Source of the DNA: Lepidodermella squamata
Taxonomy: Eukaryota > Animalia > Gastrotricha
Length of the DNA stretch: 64,000 bases
Assembly: GCA_047495785.1 (NCBI GenBank)
Contig: JBLDXI010000032.1
Coordinates: forward strand, 4,340,001 to 4,404,000
Direction: 5' to 3'
Positions 46,387-58,900 of this stretch are shown here, piece by piece; position 1 is the stretch's first letter, and each line of letters opens with the position of its first letter. The notes under the pieces were generated by a model, which saw only the letters and a list, made by a program, of their open reading frames with translations, did no database searches and was not told the DNA's origin. The position numbers and the translations under genes were made by a program.

Positions 46387-46960
46387 TTAGGGCGGCCTTA
46401 TTTTTTGACACAGTAAAGATAAATTTAATATCGCTAAAGATAATGTTATTAGAACGGAGCGGGCTGTTGTTAGGGACAGTGGCGGCGTTGAGTTGCACAA
46501 CTGGCTTTGACAGCAGTAGTAAGTGGCTTTGAAGTAGAACGTAGCGTTGCGAAATTCAACGGTTGTTGGAAAGCATGACGATGAGCAAGATCGATAGACG
46601 TAGGTCATGGTTGTTGTCGCATTAACCATTTTCTATATAGTGTGTAAAAGAAAAACCTCGTTGATGCTACTTGAAGCTGTAATGTACTTACGATGCAAGA
46701 TCCTGTCGTGATGCAAGTGACCCATGAGCCGTCGTTGTACGATGTTGCGGATTGATCAGCAGCTGAAACTTGTCCAGCTACGGTGTTGAAGCCCGAGTAA
46801 CAAATTCTCGTATAATTTGTTTGGCCTCTAACTGCAAGACGATTATATTTTAGATTTATTTGCTAACGATTTACAAATGCCGCTTACCACAAGTTGGCTG
46901 GTAGCCAATAATGAAAATTATCACCAGTGTGCTTTGAAATCGCGATGCTGTTTTAAGCAT
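46387..46960 (-). CDS. Three-finger GPI-anchored protein TF12, 3 exons
   Basis: MLKTASRFQSTLVIIFIIGYQPTC..RICYSG..VTCITTGSCIKMV..YRSCSSSC..YYCCQSQLCN..VLITLSLAILNL..*. Confidence 0.85.
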
Positions 46961-47439
46961 ATTCATGAGGATTTGAAAATAGATTGCCATAGTTTTCAAG
47001 AATTTGTCCACGGAAATTATGTCAAGTTCAGATCTCTTACTCGAGAATTTAAAGCTGTCTAATACTCATCTCGAAATTGGCTCGCGCCGTAAACAGGGCC
47101 CCAGCCAAGAACTCGAAAACGTAATGAGATGAACTTCTGAATAACCACAACTAACAACCGGTCGAGTGAATAATTCGCTTTTAGCATGCATTCAAAAGTT
47201 CAACTTGCTTACACGTTTCACCTGACGGAGCAGTCATCATTAATAATCACGTTTTCTTCTGGAAAAAAACTGCGGCTTGTAATGTAGTGTTGACTCGTTA
47301 GTATGCCTCTCGCACGTTACGATGGCCTCGAAGGCAGACTTGACAAAAAATTAATTGCGTAATCACGATTTTTGCTGTTGTCAGTCGGGTCATCACATAA
47401 TTATGGACAAAAATGAAGCTATCGCGGAAATTGTGTATG

Positions 47440-48199
47440 TACCGTATTTCTCGAAAATATACACCGGGGTATATTCGGGATTGAACCAACAATTTTATTG
47501 GGTTGTAATCGGGGTGGGGGATATTTTCGAGGTGCGGTATATTTATGATTCACTAACAAATTTACAGGACTAAGGTAAATACTGTTTCAACACGTTTTCG
47601 TTTTATTGGAGCGAAGCGTGAAAAAGAAGGATAACTTACGCTTTTATTCATGTTTTATCAGTTAGGTTTAGTTCTATACGATCGGAACACGATATCAGCC
47701 CTGAAATTAGTAACATTGAATACGTATTTCCAAAAGAATTGACTGTAAAATTCGAAATGATCCTCTCCCAACTTCGTTCTTTATCCCTCTATTGAGTTAT
47801 CACTGATATTCTTAGGCCCAGCCCTAGCTAAGCAACCGGCTGATAGGGTGCTTATTTCGTTTTTATAGTAAATTGATATTGCGCTCCGATTTTTTTAAAT
47901 AATGTGGGGTAGAATTTCGAGGTGCGGTATATTTATGATCAAACGGTAACTTTTGTAGGGTTGTATTCGGTGTGGGGTATATTTGTATGGTATGACATGA
48001 GTAAAACGTTCATATCTGAACTCGCCGCACTCGATTTACTCATCGCAACTCGCCTCCGGCTCGTTCCGACTCGTAAATCTCGGGCGGCTCCGTACAGATA
48101 TAAACGTTTTACTCATGTCATACCATACAAATATCGAATTGTCAAAGCTACTCGACCTATATTTCTGAGGACAATTCTATATTTTCGAGAAATACGGTA
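47440..48199. mobile_element. Non-autonomous DNA transposon (MITE), Tc2/Kanga-like (Tc1-mariner/pogo group), ~760 bp
   Basis: Perfect 22-bp inverted termini TACCGTATTTCTCGAAAATATA (47440-61 / 48178-99), read as a TA target site plus a TIR starting CCGTAT. Internal direct repeat TTTCGAGGTGCGGTATATTTATGAT at ~47525 and ~47916. No transposase ORF. Confidence 0.7.
47979..48134. mobile_element. 156-bp foldback/MITE nested in the larger element
   Basis: 40-bp inverted arms (47979-48018 / 48095-48134) with 1 mismatch, and further imperfect pairing inside. Confidence 0.75.
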
Positions 48200-48557
48200 T
48201 TTGAAACAAGTTCGATAAAAATGGAAATTACCAGGACCCTACCCCCAAACTCCGAATTTTTGTAGATGTGCCCTAAAACTACAAAATCGTGGTTGCCGGC
48301 AAGGGCAGTGATGAGGCAGCGAGCTAGTCCGATCAAGATTCGAGGCATATGACCCGAAAAAAGAAGATCGGCAACTTACCACCAGTACCGAATAATAAGC
48401 TCGAAATTTGGCGGCGAAAATTCCGAATTCTCAGTCGAACCGCACCTTCGCGCGGAGCGGAGCGCGAAGTTGGAAATCTGATTTGGGAAACTATAGCTTC
48501 GCCTTGATGGCAGTTTCTCACCAAAATTATACGAGGATAACGGACAACGGTATAAAT

Positions 48558-51065
48558 ATGAACGCTTTTTGCACTTTTATCGTCCTCTGCTGCCGGCTGT
48601 TATTTTTCTTGTTTTTCTCATTGCTCGATACGGTGTCTTCAGGTAGCACTAATTGCTTGATGATGAAACCTTGTCACGTGTATGTGGAAACGTGGTAACT
48701 ACTAAGCCCTTGACTAAAATGGCGGATTATTTTAACCATTTAATAACACCTTCAAATGACAAAATTAAGTTTCTCCCATTCTGCATCACTTATAAACGCA
48801 TATCCTTGTCAAAGCTAAAGTAGAAACCAGCCTCGCAACTATAAATCGGTTTTCCGAACCTGTCGACTTCCAAGTTATAGCCGAGAATACATCGCTAACT
48901 ACCATGAGATAAATGGATATGGCACGAACTCGTCCTTGGTGTAAAAATGATCTTCCTAGCTTCAAACCGTGGAGCAATACATATTAATATTTAATAATTT
49001 TTGATGAAATGATGTCATTATTAGATAGGCTCCAGGTCAACATTAGTTACAATACATGAGTCGATTGGCTGTGCCAAAATCTCGAAAAACTCATATTCCC
49101 ACTCATCTGCTGATAATCCTTCTTTTTAATCCATTGCTCATCTTCGCAACTGTTGGTACGTTCGGAACTTTTATGAAAGATACTTCTTTTTAGCCGGCCT
49201 TTATGCCGTTTCAGAGAGTCCAAACACTACGAAGCCGCTGGATGAAAAGGTGCGTATTGTTTCCGATTCCAAAAGTTTCATTCGACTGATGAATTCATGT
49301 ACAACAGCAAAGATGCGAACGAACAAAGCAGCTATTAAGTCTTTACGATGCAGACAACGATGGGGAAGTTCGCCTAGATAATGTGTCAAATCTATGCGAC
49401 ATACTCGTTCAGCAAGACTTTCAATCGTCGTTCACGCGTTACAAAGATTGTGATATCGATTTCTTGAATTCTGACGAAAATGCATACGACATGAAGCGGA
49501 CCAGCGTAGCTGAAAGATACGGCTACGGGACACTGGCTATTGCCGTAATTAACATTCTACCGATCGGCTTATTTTTCATTGTTCCAAAGCCGTCCCATCC
49601 GAAGTATCGTCATGTGATGATGGCTCTCATGTAAATAGTGAACAAAACTCACATTTTTATTATTTTTCGCAATTTTTTAGAGCACTCGCGATGTCAACTT
49701 TAGTATGCGATACAGCCCTGCATCTTGTTCCGAAGGTCCCTACATTTTTATTTCATATTTTCGCGTTATTGTTGCCTTGAAATCAGGCTTTTAATTTTAG
49801 AAAAACAACAAACCAAGTTTCAGGCAAACTGATAGTAATCACAGATACTGTCCTGAAGGAGCTTCTAATGCTCGTTCCAATCTATGGACTTTACCTGTGA
49901 GTCTTACTTCCCTTTTTCCGATTACATGCTCACTCCAACTTGCGATATAGATTCGAGATGATCGTCGGAACACGACAGCACGTAAAAAAGCACAAAGGCT
50001 TCAATCGACAGCAATCTTATGCAAAGACTGGGACCCGGGATGCTCATCTGGAATCGAACGATGACGGATCCACGAATGAAATCATCAGTTCCAGGTCATC
50101 AGATTTGGAAGCTGCTAAATTAAGATCACGGCGTTTCAGCCTGGCAGTCGGGCCAGGAACTCATTTGACTGAACTGCGATCGAACAGCAGTACAGCGCAA
50201 TTCGAGGTATAACCTGATCCTGTGGGGAAAGAAACATAAACCCTCTAAATCTGCTGTGTTGCAGAGGAATGCCGTTGGAAACTCTGAAGTTCAGAAAAAG
50301 TCAGTCCGTCGGCAAATATCTCATTTCATGGAAAGCAGAATCCCAGGTAATAGTTTTGAAGACGTCTTCATGGCTTCACTAGAACTTCTTTCTCATTTTA
50401 TCAGAGGTGCACCGTGTAATGCAATGCTTTGTCGAAGGTGATAATACCGGTTTTCCAAGTTATTATTAGCTATACATTTGCAAACCTCTTCAGAATGTTT
50501 ACCGAAAAAAGGATTGGGATGGGTCATCATAATCAGTATGTTTTTCAAGGCTAACTTTATTCGTTACATTTGAGTGTAACTGCCTTTCAGCTGATGCTGC
50601 CCACAGTGTAAGATGGCTTCGAATTTTACTTCATATAGACTATAACGGTGTACTATCATTTTAGGTTCTGGACGGAATCGCTATTGGTAAGTTTCTTGCA
50701 GTCGCAGCTTGGTCTACCTGAATTCACGCGACGTTTAGGAGCTGCTTTTTCCACGAGTGTTCTTAGCGGTGTATCAACTTCAATCGCCGTTGTACGTTTT
50801 AACTTCAACTTTAAGCAAACAAATAATGCTAACATTAGTCGTGAAACAGTCTTTCCAAGCCATCCCATTTGAAATCGGCGACTTTGCAACGCTGATCACT
50901 ACCGGCGTAACTTGGCGAGGCTCATTGATTTGGCATGTTTTCTATTCAATCATTTCGTTCATCGGCCTCTATATCGGCTTGGAGGTGTCCACAGATGACG
51001 CTGCTCGCCAATGGGTGTACATTTTTATCGCAGGCGTCTTCCTTCATCATGCCCTTAGTGAATTC
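48558..51065 (+). CDS. SLC39/ZIP metal transporter, LIV-1 subfamily-like, many small exons; last exon (TM8) not resolved
   Basis: Signal peptide, ERYGYGTLAI, ALAMSTLVCDTALHLVP (cf. ALAVGTLxGDALLHLIP), GWVIII, DAAHSVLDGIAIGAAF, GVSTSIAV, IPFEIGDFATL, AGVFL..AL. Confidence 0.78.
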
Positions 51066-52929
51066 GTAAGTAGCGAGATTGCTTAGTTAATTTTTCTCAA
51101 GCCACTTTTTCCTTGGGACTAATAGTAGATGGACTCGACACTTCCTATCTAACGCATAATAAATCGTTCGGGGAGACCGGAGAGGCAAAAAACGTGTGAA
51201 TTGATCGCGTGTTGTTTTGATCGCAGAAAAAAATGGCCGATTAACAAAAAATTCAACCGCAAAACCAGCATCCCACCATTACGCGAATTTTATGTCGTCG
51301 ATTTTACGCTGGGCACATGTTTACTCCAAAACAACACACCTTTTTCTTGAATTAATTGAACCATCGCATAGATCATAGTTCGAGGATCGCAGCGATGAAA
51401 AATTTATCGGCTATTTAACTTTAGAAGCCAGTGCAATTTCGCTTTGATTATAAGCTACCGTGATCAGACCTGCGCCTTGTGCGCATAATTTTTAAGGCTG
51501 ATCAATGATATTTTCACTGACTTTTGGGGTGAAAATGCACAAAATAAGGCTTGTTCATCGGACTCATTGGCCGATTACAATAGACTTCGCAGTTCACGCA
51601 GTGAATTTAATATTAAACGATTCCCCACAATTCCATAGGTATATCAATTTACGATGCTATTTGGCATTTTGCTGGCATTTTGGCATTATTGCATTTTGAA
51701 ACAATTTCATGGCTAATATGGTAGAAATCGTAACATCTAAAAGGGCATTTGATCGGAGGCCAATTGACATTATGTTCCGCTTTCCATTACATCTCAACTA
51801 TTTTTAAACAAATGAATCAAATAATGGGGAAAGGTATGGATAAAAATATTCACACGAAAGGATGCTAGTATGTTTAAAAAAGTTATATTGAAGTTATATT
51901 TTAACTTTGCTAAATATTTTGCAAACTTTATTCCGAAATCAAGCGGAACCAACCTCTAATCCTAACGATCCTAACGCTAACTTTCGCTACTGAAAAATTG
52001 GCTAGAAAAGCCAAACCCAAATTTAAATGGTGTAAAAATAGTTAGGATTACGCGGAACCTTTTTATCAATGCGCCGAAAAATCCTTGCAAATTTAGAGAT
52101 AATTATTCCCATATTCAGTTGTTCTTCTGAATAATGAAAAAAAATTCTTATTTAGGAAGTTGAGATTTAATTATTAATTTGTTGAATAATATTTTATTTT
52201 TTGGCATCGCAGCGTGCGTCCTTCGTTGCTCTTTTTGAATCTTCAAGAATTATTTTCATATCGCTTATACCTGCGGAGAAATCGTGACCCCATTGCCCAA
52301 GATTGGCAATTTTTCGCCGCTTAATGGGAGAAGGCTGTGTGTTGTTGTAAAAAAAGATTATTTTCATTCATAAATTTAGCGTGAAAAAAAATCGCGATTC
52401 AGCCATTTTTTGCTCCCGTCCGAATGATTTTGAGGAGTGTCGAGTCCATCTACTATTAGTCCCAAGACTTTTTCGGCTAATAGATGCCGCAGTTATGTCA
52501 TATCGAAGAAAAGTTCTGGACGTTCCTCCTACTTCAACACGTCGGCATTGTACTTGGATTTGCGGTCATTTTCATTATAACAATCTTCGAGGAACCTTTA
52601 CACTATTCATTTAGAATAAGAAATGCATGACCTTTGCACTTATTATCTATGACTAAAATGTTTACATTAAAAAGAATCACTGAATAGGCATGCGGGTCAT
52701 TTCTTTCCTCTCGAAAACACAGATTTTATGAAGACGCGATATTCAAAACTTCTGTGCATCATCCCAAGCGGCCGATGTGTGAGATGAAAACAAAGCACTT
52801 TTATTGCATTTCGATTTTGACACTGCTCGCCCGATGTAACCGTGCTACTCTATTATACATACTTTGACCGCTGAAATTCATCGCGCCGTGAAGTTCCTGA
52901 CTAATGAATTGAATACATTTTTCGAACAG

Positions 52930-55900
52930 ATGGCGACGAGATCGCCGAATAGTGAGGTGTTGCAGGCCAAGTCATTCCTTTGCCTAAGCCTGGACAATCC
53001 ATTCCGGCGAGCTGCTATTAGACTCGTCTCCTCAAGATAAGTTCTTGCTATGTTGCCATCATCATTTATCCCATATCATTTTATATACATGGTTCGAGCG
53101 ATTTTCAATATTTATGATCGTAGTCAATTCAATGGCTCTTGGCATGGTCGACCCATGTGACGTCAAATGCCGCAAGCCAGTTTGCGCCACACTCCAGGTT
53201 GTTGAAGACGTAATATCAGCCTTTTTCGCGGTCGAAATGTTGTTAAAAATGCTAGCGATGGGCATAACTGGAAAGGGCGCCTATTTAGACGAGTCGTGGA
53301 ACCGCTTCGACTGCTTCATCGTCATAATTGGCACTTCCGAGTACATATTCGCCGACCAAGAGATCAACTTGTCAGCTATCAGAGCCATTCGAGTTCTGCG
53401 ACCACTTCGGGCGATCAACAGAATTTCGAGCCTCCGTCTTTTGGTCACTCTGCTGCTTGACATTCTTCCCATGCTAGGCAATGGTAAGGTCTCAACGTTA
53501 CACCTTGAAATCTTTGAAATTGCCCTTTTCAGTGATGATTTTCTGCTTCTTCATTTTCTTCGTATTCGGCATTGTTGCAGTTCAACTTTGGGCCGGGATG
53601 CTTAGGCATCGGTGTTTTTTCCCTAATGATCTGTTCACATCTAACTCAACCGCCCAACCGCCGCCTTTCATGCCTCAGTACTACAGCCAGCCACATCGCG
53701 AATTCATTTGCTCACCCGCGGGCGGGGAGACTCACTGCGGGCAGATACCGCAATACGAAAAGCACAGTTCGATGTGCGCCGACATGTTCCCGGCTTCTAC
53801 CGAACCGACCAAACTAATGCTGTGCCGCCGCTGGGTTGCGAACTACACCGAGTGCCGGCCTGATGGGCCTAATCCAGCCCGCGGTACCATTAACTTCGAC
53901 AACATTGGATCGGCGTGGATCGCTATTTTTCAGGTCATATCGCTCGAATCTTGGACGGAGGTCATGTACATGATGATGGTGAAGCATATTCGCAAAGTTC
54001 TTGAACATTTTCTAAATCGAGTTATGCAACACAGGATTCGTTTTCGTTCTGGGTTTGGATCTTTTTTATCCTGCTTGTCTTGGTAATTCTGGAGTATTGA
54101 TTTTTCTATTCGTTTAAAATTTGAAAATGTGTAGATTGGGTCCTATCTAGCGGTTAATTTGTGCCTCGTGGTCATTGCAACTCAATTTTCCGAGACGAAA
54201 TTGCGCGAGGCTGAAAGGATGGTAAGTTAGGCGAGGACATTTTTTTTAATGCATTGCTCACGCTTTCTGCTCTTAGAAAAAAGAGCGACTGGCTGAAATC
54301 GATTCTGCAAGCTCATCCTCATCAATGTCGTCGATTATGTCGACTGACGACGGTCTGTACGCCCAGATAATCGACCTGATATTCCACTATATTCGCTATG
54401 TAAAACGCAAGCTGTGCCGAGTGAAATCGAAAAAGCGTCACCTTAGTCTTCTCGTAATGTCCGTTAATGTTCCTGGCAACCGGCGTCTCACTCGCCAGGG
54501 CTCTTCGGTTGGCGGCGGGGCTTGCCCGGGTTGCCGACATCGTCTGCGTCTGATGCGACATGGCCGGCTAAGCAAAGCTGAGAGCAAAGAGCCGTGTCTG
54601 CTATGCGGTCGGTCGCCGAATTTCGAGCAGCTATTGTCGAAATTTCCGTACGGAGAAAAGCGATACTGCAAAAACAACTGCCTTAACGGTTTTGTCTCCT
54701 GTATCCAACGATCTCGAACTTGGCTAAGGGACCTACTCGAGCATGATGCGTGTGTTGCCGCTGTCATGGGTACGATTGTTGTCAATGCCGTAGTGATGGC
54801 GCTCGAACACCATAACCAACCAGAAGCGCTCACTTCTTTCATCGAGGTCATGAATATGATCTTTACTACAATTTTCGTCACCGAGCTCTGCATCAAGCTG
54901 TTTGCATACGGGTTCGAAGCTTTCATTCGAGAGGCCTTCAACGTCTTGGATGCTGTTGTTATCGCGATTAAGTACCTAATTAAATTTTTTATTTTTCTTG
55001 TTTAATCTCGATGTGTTTGAAGTATTGCGGAGCTGTTTTTCGACCAGGACGGTTCAAGCTCTGGCTTTGCGGTGTTGAGGCTGTTCAGGCTTGTGAGGAT
55101 CGTCAAAATCATTCGATTTCTACCGGCTCTGCAAAAGCAACTAATGGTTATGGTGGCTGTTGTCGATCACGTGGCCACTTTCTTCCTTCTCCTCGGATTT
55201 TTCTTATTTATTTCGTCACTGTTGGGCATGTCGCTTTTCGGCTGCAAATTCTGCGAGAAGACCACACGAGGAAACGGCGGAAATATTCTTTTGAACGGTA
55301 CAATGTCCACCTGTGCTCTTCAGGTAAACTCATATCCAGGAACAACAGCAAACAAACTATAAAATAATTCAGGTTATCGACATCGATCAAGTCGAGGCAC
55401 TGGAGCGTGGCTTAGCGGCCATGCGTTCAGCTGCTGACGATGAAGAGGAAGTCTACTACGGCTGCTCTATAGCCAACTTCGATTCACCCTTCCAAGCCAT
55501 TTTCACTGTTCTACAGGTGTTCACTCAAGACGATTGGGGTGCCGTAATGCAGGATGGCATGCATTACACGTCACCGTGGGCTGGTGTTTATTTCGTTTCT
55601 TTGGTAACCATCGGCAACTACATCATTTTCAACCTTCTGGTCGCCATTCTTGTCGAAGGTTTCAGCAGCAAAAGCGTAAGAAATTTTCACCCTTAACTAT
55701 AGCTACTACTATAATTCGGCTTTGCAGCAAGACGATTTGCTCGATTGCGAGAACAAAGCTTTGGAAATTATAAAAAAGAAGACTGAAACAAACCTCCAGT
55801 TAGATCCGGAGGAGCTCGAGAATGGCGCTGTCGATGGGGCAAAAGCAGAGAGCAATTTTGCCCGTGCAGCTCGTTGTTGTCGCTGCATGGGCAGCGTTTT

Positions 55901-58900
55901 CGTTCGTTGTTGGGCAGCTGAGCTTTCAGATCGGGCGTTGTTCATCTTTCCAAGAGATGCCTTCCCACGGCGGCAACTTCGTCGCATGTTCGCGTCCGAG
56001 CTCTGCGATAAAATCTTCTTCTTCGTCATTATTGGCAGCTGTTTGGTTATCGTAATCGAACGGCCTGGAATTGACAAAGACGGCTTGGAGCGTTTATTGA
56101 TAACCTATGCCAATTACGCTTTCACGGTGATTTTCTTCCTGGAAGCTTTTACTAAAATCATCGCGTATGGCTTCTGCCTCGGTCGCAAGACATACCTGCG
56201 CAATGGCTGGAATGCGCTGGATCTTTTCTTGCTCACCATTGCGATTGTCGATATCACGCTCGAATTTGATGATTCGGACAAGAAGCTCCTACAGGCGCTC
56301 CGAGTTCTTCGGCTCCTTCGCGCGCTACGTCCTCTACGCATAATCAGCCGATCGCCAGGCTTGCAAATCGTCCTCCAAACATTGATGATCTCAATCAAGC
56401 CCATTGGGAATATTAGTAAGTTTGATAAAGCGACCCATAAAGATTCATTTCTCTTCTGATTTAGTACTCATTTGCTGCTTTTTCTTCTTGATATTCGCGA
56501 TATTGGGTGTACAGCTGTTCAGCGGGTGTTTCGCGCGTTGCTTAGCGCCTCGATCTGCTGTTATCCCGAACGCATCAGCAATCGTATCAGCTTCAGGTGC
56601 CGAAACCTACTCGGAGTGGGCCACTGAAGCTTTGGCTAATGTTAAAACGCGTAACGACTGCACAGCAGCCGGCTTTGACTGGGAAACTGACAGCTATAAC
56701 TTCAACTCTCTGCCTGAGGTGGGTTCTGTCTGAAATGCCAATGAAAAGCTTATTAATCCTCCATTCGTATGCGTCAGGCTCTGATGGCTCTTTTTGTATT
56801 CGCAACTCTTGACGGGTGGACTGACATCACCCGCAGCGGCGTCGACTGCGTGTCGCCCGACCAGCAGCCCATTCGAGATTACAATATGTGGGCCTACGGC
56901 TACTTTATTTCCTTCCTGCTCATCGTCTGCTTCTTCGTATGATGCAACAACTTTGTTTCGAGAGCTTATATTTTTTGAGCTTTTGAAAGGCACTGAACAT
57001 GTTTGTTGGCGTGGTTGTTAATAATTTCCAGAATGTCCAACGTCAGGTGAAACAGCACATCGAGAAACAAGCGACCGGCGAAGCTAGAGCATCAGATGCG
57101 TTTGCTGCAGCCTTAGCCAAGCAGTATACTCGGGCAAACTCAACAGGTATCGCAGTTTTGCGAAATCCAAATTAAAAAAATCGCACTTTCGAGATGTTTT
57201 TTTGCCTAATCTTCTGTTCATTCCTGTATAGTATCGTACGCATCTGGACGACGTGTGACTGTCGGTGAGAGGAGCTATTATTAGAGATTGCCTCAGATCT
57301 TAGTATAATCTCTCTATTAGTGACCCAATTTTGGTTCGATTTCCCCGTTTGGCGACGACGCCTGTGTTTGCTTGTAATGCACAAGTACTTTGAGTATACC
57401 GTCATTGGAGCGACTGTTCTAAACGTTATCATGATGGTAATTACTATCTGTCCTACCTCCTCACTTTCACTTCAATTGAACCTTTTAAGACGTGCGAGTA
57501 TTACATGATGCCACCGTGGCTTGTAAGCACCATTACCATAGCTTCTTACGTGTTTCTCGGCCTACTCGCTATCGAAGTCAGCCTTAAGTTGACAGCATTC
57601 GGACCAGCTCGCTATTTTTCCGATCGTTGGAATCAAAGTGATGTTGCCATAGTACTTCTCTCAATCTGTGGAATCATATTGGAAGAACTGCCTAAGGAGT
57701 CTGTTCCCGTCAATCCAACTGTCGTTACCTTTCCACGCGTTTTCCGAATCGTTCGAATCCTCAAGCTGTTAAAATCAGCTTCGGGCGTTAGAAAGCTCCT
57801 GGAAACATTAAGCGAAGCAATCCCTCAAGTCATCAATCTCTCTCTGCTGTTCTTCCTACTCTTTTTCATCTATGCTTCCCTCGGCGTGGAACTCTACGGC
57901 AATTTCGACTGCCATTACGAAGTTTGCGAAGGCCTGTCGAGACATGCGAACTTCAAGAACTTCGGCATGGCGCTTCTAACGCTATTCCGCATCTTCACCG
58001 GCGATAACTGGAACGGCATTCTGAAGGACATTCTCTGGATGTCGAACGACGAACAAGAGTGCACTACCTCGGGCGATAAGCATGGCCACGATCATGAGGC
58101 CGTTGGAGGCATTGTATGCTAACAAGTTTCTTTCAGCATTTGCTCTTTGACTCTCTTCATTTCGTAGGCTTGCGGAGTGATACACTCTGTTGCGCCAGTG
58201 TATTTTGTCTCTTTCGTGTTACTCGCCCAATTCGTGCTGATCAACGTTGTAGTTGCAGGTAATAATAGGCCTTATTATGATGCCATAACTTCCACATATT
58301 AAGCTTTGTTCATTTCAATTTGAAAACCCATGGCTTCATCTAAATTTTTGCGTAATACTTTAGTTCTGATGAGCCAACTTGAAGACGCTGCGAAGCGTAT
58401 CGAGAATGAAAATGCACAGATGGAGGAGGCGAAGAGACTAAGCAAGCGTAGTTCGAGGTCAAAATTCCTAGACGAAGACACAATCCTAAGTCGGAGCACG
58501 TCTCGCTATTCGGTATGGTTTCAACTTTAAAATTTCCTTGTTCGATTATTCACAAAAATCCTCAGGCGACCAATTACAGTGGTATTGCAATGCACACATT
58601 GAACGGGCATAATTCGACAGATACTATGGCGAGATACCGCGAGCAGGAGACGAGCTTGACCGATGACGATGGACCCGTAATGACACCCGTATCGACGCGC
58701 CGACTGGCCGGCATGATGAGCCCGCGCATGCTAGCCTCGTTCGATGAAGATGAAGACGAAGACGAAGAGTTTTTGAGGCCATTGCCCGAAATAATCAACG
58801 AAGACCACCTCTGGCTGACCCGCGTAATGGAGCCTGAAGCTGCTAGCGTAGCTTCTTTTGAGTACATCCTGCAACACCAGGTAACATCCGCGTTTTTATC

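Noticed and set aside
51480-52290. Candidate final (TM8) exon of the ZIP gene, e.g. LFGILLAF near 51655 or FVALFE near 52222
   Set aside because: Neither candidate has both convincing splice sites and a convincing TM8 match; left unresolved.
53037-53088. Calling the AT-AC intron a genuine U12-type intron
   Set aside because: It lacks the ATATCCTT donor and TCCTTAAC branch consensus, so it is reported as U2-like AT-AC.
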